From: Candidatus Krumholzibacteriales bacterium
Lineage (GTDB): Bacteria > Krumholzibacteriota > Krumholzibacteriia > Krumholzibacteriales > WJIX01
Direction: 5' to 3'
Assembly: GCA_046483305.1 (NCBI GenBank)
Contig: JAWODM010000044.1
Span: forward strand, 1-30,086
DNA length: 30,086 nt
Part shown: positions 27,621 to 30,086 of the stretch, piece after piece
Layout of the letters: the number at the start of each line of letters is the position of its first letter
Numbering within the stretch: position 1 is the stretch's first letter
Notes under the pieces: generated by a model
The model's input: only the letters and a program-made list of their open reading frames with translations
What the model was told of the DNA's origin: nothing
The model's database searches: none
Translations under genes and position numbers: made by a program

Positions 27621-28849
27621 ATTTGTTCCCCGGTGTAATCTGTCTGATCTGATGAAGGCACTTCCGGCAACAGAAGGAACCCGGAAGGTTCCAGCGCGGT
27701 CGCCAGCATTACCGAGTTTATATTCCGGTGTTCTGTCCAGGTGGAGGCGCCCTGATTATCATTATCAAGCCAGAGCGATATTATATCATCAGCCATTGGG
27801 AAGTATCGCTGAACGCGCTGCATTCCGGTGCGGCCGCCGCCTCCCGCCGCCAGGTTGGGAAGCAGCTCTTCCGCAACCCAACTGATACCCCTGAGTCCTA
27901 TGGCCAGGCCCAGTTCCCTGAATGGAAGTCTTCTGGCGGGTGGATTATTCATGGCACCCGAGTCCTCCCGGCTGGCAAGCCCCGCCGCGGATGCCGCCAG
28001 GATTTCATGCAGCATTTCCTCATTTTCCGATTTATCCATTGCGATCAGCTGAGCCAGGCGGGTGGCATCCATCAGAAGTCCTCCTATACCAAGGGGATCT
28101 ACTGTCTCCAGGGATCTTCCCCTCAGCATTCCATAATACACGTGAGTCTGTTCATCCATATTATCGCAGCTTCCCGGAGTTGTATCCCCCCTCTTTTCCG
28201 AAAAGGTTCCGGAGGTTGCCCTGATCTGCTCGCTGGTGACATATCCGTCAAGTGGGTCATGATGGCCCATTGATTCAACCTGAGGGCGTGAAAGGTCCAC
28301 GCTCATCTTCCAGTACATCCTGAGGTCTCCGGACTTATTAATGTATATGAAGGAGTTTTCCGCCGCATGCGCCAGCTGGCATGCCCACGCCAGATAGCGG
28401 GTATCACAGGTTTGCCGCGCGGTAATGTCAAGCGCGTGCATCCATTTGGTGAGGTAATGGAAATACTGGCCGTCCCTTTCCCATTCGATGTGGCGATCCA
28501 GTGGTTCGCCCGCCGCTCTTTCCGGCAGTCTCTTCCCAATTCTTAATCCCCCGGCTGTTGGGTTAAGCCTCCCTTTCCGGTCGCCCAATCCGCTTATCCA
28601 CCCTTCCCCGGGATCATCATCACGGTGCCGGCCCAGGGTGTTGTGAACTTTTTCTATAAGTTTCAGAGCAATCGCAGAGAAATTTTCATTTCCGGTAACT
28701 CTGGCCAGCCCCTGAAAATTACAGACCGCGAAAGCGTCGGTCCAGAGATAGCGGTCCTGCTCTTTTTCCGAAGTCAGGCCGGTTCTTTCCGCAAAATCGC
28801 TCATTAATTCTTCGGCCTCTCTGATATATATTTTTTCCTGCTTCATCAT
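27617..28849 (-). CDS. Hypothetical protein (410 aa), probable alpha-helical enzyme
   Basis: Long ORF with motif-like blocks RYLWTDAFAVCN, GGLRIGK, DGQYFHYLTKWMHAL, MYWKMS.DL, GHHDPLDG, RLPFRELGL and HRNINSVM. Stop overlaps the mug start (ATGA). Confidence 0.8.
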   Translation of the reverse strand: MMKQEKIYIREAEELMSDFAERTGLTSEKEQDRYLWTDAFAVCNFQGLARVTGNENFSAIALKLIEKVHNTLGRHRDDDPGEGWISGLGDRKGRLNPTAGGLRIGKRLPERAAGEPLDRHIEWERDGQYFHYLTKWMHALDITARQTCDTRYLAWACQLAHAAENSFIYINKSGDLRMYWKMSVDLSRPQVESMGHHDPLDGYVTSEQIRATSGTFSEKRGDTTPGSCDNMDEQTHVYYGMLRGRSLETVDPLGIGGLLMDATRLAQLIAMDKSENEEMLHEILAASAAGLASREDSGAMNNPPARRLPFRELGLAIGLRGISWVAEELLPNLAAGGGGRTGMQRVQRYFPMADDIISLWLDNDNQGASTWTEHRNINSVMLATALEPSGFLLLPEVPSSDQTDYTGEQI

Positions 28850-28900
28850 TGATATTAAATAGTTATTAAACCAGGGTTTACTGATTCAAATTTATCGATC

Positions 28901-29083
28901 TCACCTATAATTATATTTTTTCAATTCATCCAGAAGCCTTACCATATCTCCTTTCTTCTGGCGGTTTTGTCCAGCCGCGCGGGAAAACTTTCTCTGAAGA
29001 ATCCTGTTTCTGTTCTTTCTGATCAGCGCGCTTATGCGTGTCAGGTGCTCACCGGTTCCGTTCTAAGTTCGACCGGCAGACAT
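28901..29083 (-). pseudogene. Possible small ORF interrupted by TAG at codon 7 (or a 6-aa leader peptide)
   Basis: Strong RBS GAGGGAGG, 7 nt, then ATG 29083. Reads MSAGRT*; the frame stays open for 53 more codons to TGA at 28903-28901. Confidence 0.3.
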
Positions 29084-29418
29084 TTTGATTCCTCCCTCTT
29101 AAGATGGTTTCCAAAAGTGCGGCGATGACTCCTTTCAGCTGGTAACAGGTCCGGATTCTCGAAGAATTTCGATCTTTCGTTTTATCTCCTCTTTCTATAT
29201 TAAACAGAAGCTTTGCCGTCAATTCAATTGGTGCACTCCACCTGTAATTGACTTATCTCGACAACGACTTCCGGAATCCGCTCCGGAAAAGTGTCAGTTA
29301 AAAGGAGAACCTGCCGATTGCCGGGCCATAACGGCACCTATATGATGAATAACAGGCGGCCTGACCGGCCCCGGGGCCATGACAGCCGGAAGACCGGCTG
29401 AGTAATGAATAGCCAGTT

Positions 29419-29832
29419 ATGAAGTTAACCAGTCCCGCGTTCGAAAATAACGGAAATATTCCTGAAAAGTACACCTGCCAGGTCGAGGATATAAATCCCG
29501 GGCTGAATCTTGAAGATGTACCTGATGAAGCAGAAAGCCTGGTTTTAATAGCCGATGATCCGGACGCGCCGGGGGGGGCTGGCTGCACTGGCCGGTATAT
29601 GATATACCCGCGGAGATGGCCGGCATGGAGGAAGACAGCGCGCCGGACAAACAGGGATTGAACGATTTCGACAGGGTAGAATACGGAGGCCCCTGCCCTC
29701 TCTCCGGAGAGCGCCGGTATTTTTTCAGAGTTTAGTCTGGAGGAGGGACGGAAGCGTTCCGATGTGGAGGATGCCATGGAGGGGCGTGTAATCGAGAGCT
29801 GTGAGCTGATGGGTAAATACTCCGGGAATTGA
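29419..29832 (+). pseudogene. YbhB/YbcL (PEBP/Raf kinase inhibitor-like) pseudogene
   Basis: Three segments: MKLTSPAF...KYTC...DDPDAPGG; frameshift in G8 (29571-29578) to WLHWPVYDIP...QGLNDF..VEYGGPCP.SGERRYFFRV* (TAG 29733-29735); then after a second shift LEEGRKRSDVEDAMEGRVIESCELMGKY ending TGA 29832. Confidence 0.9.
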
Positions 29833-30086
29833 TCGCTCTGGCGTTCTCCGCAAAGGCCATTCGGCGTAGCTGTCAACCACCCTTATTCATATTATCAGTG
29901 GATTCAACCTGTCGGGGCGTAAACTCTTGCATGTTATATGGGCCTGAAATAGGTATTACCGCTTATGGAGCAAAAAGATGGCTTAACTTCGGTATAATTA
30001 ATTTACAGCCGGTGGAACTGATGAAGTTGGGAATAATTTTCTTTTTTTCTACCTTAGCAGACCGCCAGGAAGAACTTCCTTTATGG

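Noticed and set aside
29571..29578. G8 tract as a phase-variation switch
   Set aside because: A second downstream lesion would keep the gene broken even if the tract were corrected.
29063..29735. In-frame TAG codons as evidence for amber recoding or pyrrolysine
   Set aside because: TAG is the normal terminator of several intact genes here (ends at 3229, 5843, 8912, 12648, 17580), and the YbhB TAG coincides with a frame-changing deletion.
12430..29876. Long antisense or alternate-frame ORFs (e.g. 12430-13110, 16075-16872, 21382-21987, 27728-28273, 29298-29876)
   Set aside because: They are shadows of well-supported genes in GC-richer sequence, with no motifs or RBS.
21883..30086. Possible ncRNA, riboswitch, tRNA, CRISPR or IS ends in the larger intergenic regions (21883-22441, 25713-26066, 28850-29418, 29833-30086)
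   Set aside because: No recognisable consensus, repeat-spacer periodicity or terminal inverted repeats by eye; an Infernal/Rfam scan is needed to exclude them formally.

Overview
Bacterial window. The OM beta-barrel, lipoprotein and SPOR genes suggest a diderm organism; an FCB-superphylum affiliation is only a guess. It has four blocks. (1) 1-11.8 kb: AT-richer surface-glycan locus with a CapK/PaaK-like ligase (5'-truncated), GT4, polysaccharide deacetylase, two related large GT-C-like membrane proteins flanking a stand-alone murB, an antisense SAM methyltransferase and a Wzx-type flippase. (2) 11.9-21.9 kb: GC-richer block with an MBL-fold hydrolase, a His/Cys-rich membrane protein, divergent secreted CocE/NonD hydrolase and C69 dipeptidase, a probable OM beta-barrel, a GTDC1/DUF3524 glycosyltransferase, a lipoprotein and a SPOR protein. 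(3) 22.4-25.7 kb: AT-rich gtrB-like GT2 / methyltransferase / GT-C cassette behind a sigma54-like promoter. (4) 26-30 kb: a PolX-N-terminus HhH protein without a polymerase domain, convergent on a translationally coupled hypothetical-mug pair, plus a doubly broken YbhB/YbcL pseudogene. No RNA genes, CRISPR arrays or mobile elements were seen. Best candidates for undescribed biology are the GT-C/murB/GT-C glycan-tailoring module, the HhH-Mug-hypothetical DNA-processing cluster and the bacterial GTDC1 homologue. All family calls are from motif recognition by eye, not database searches.
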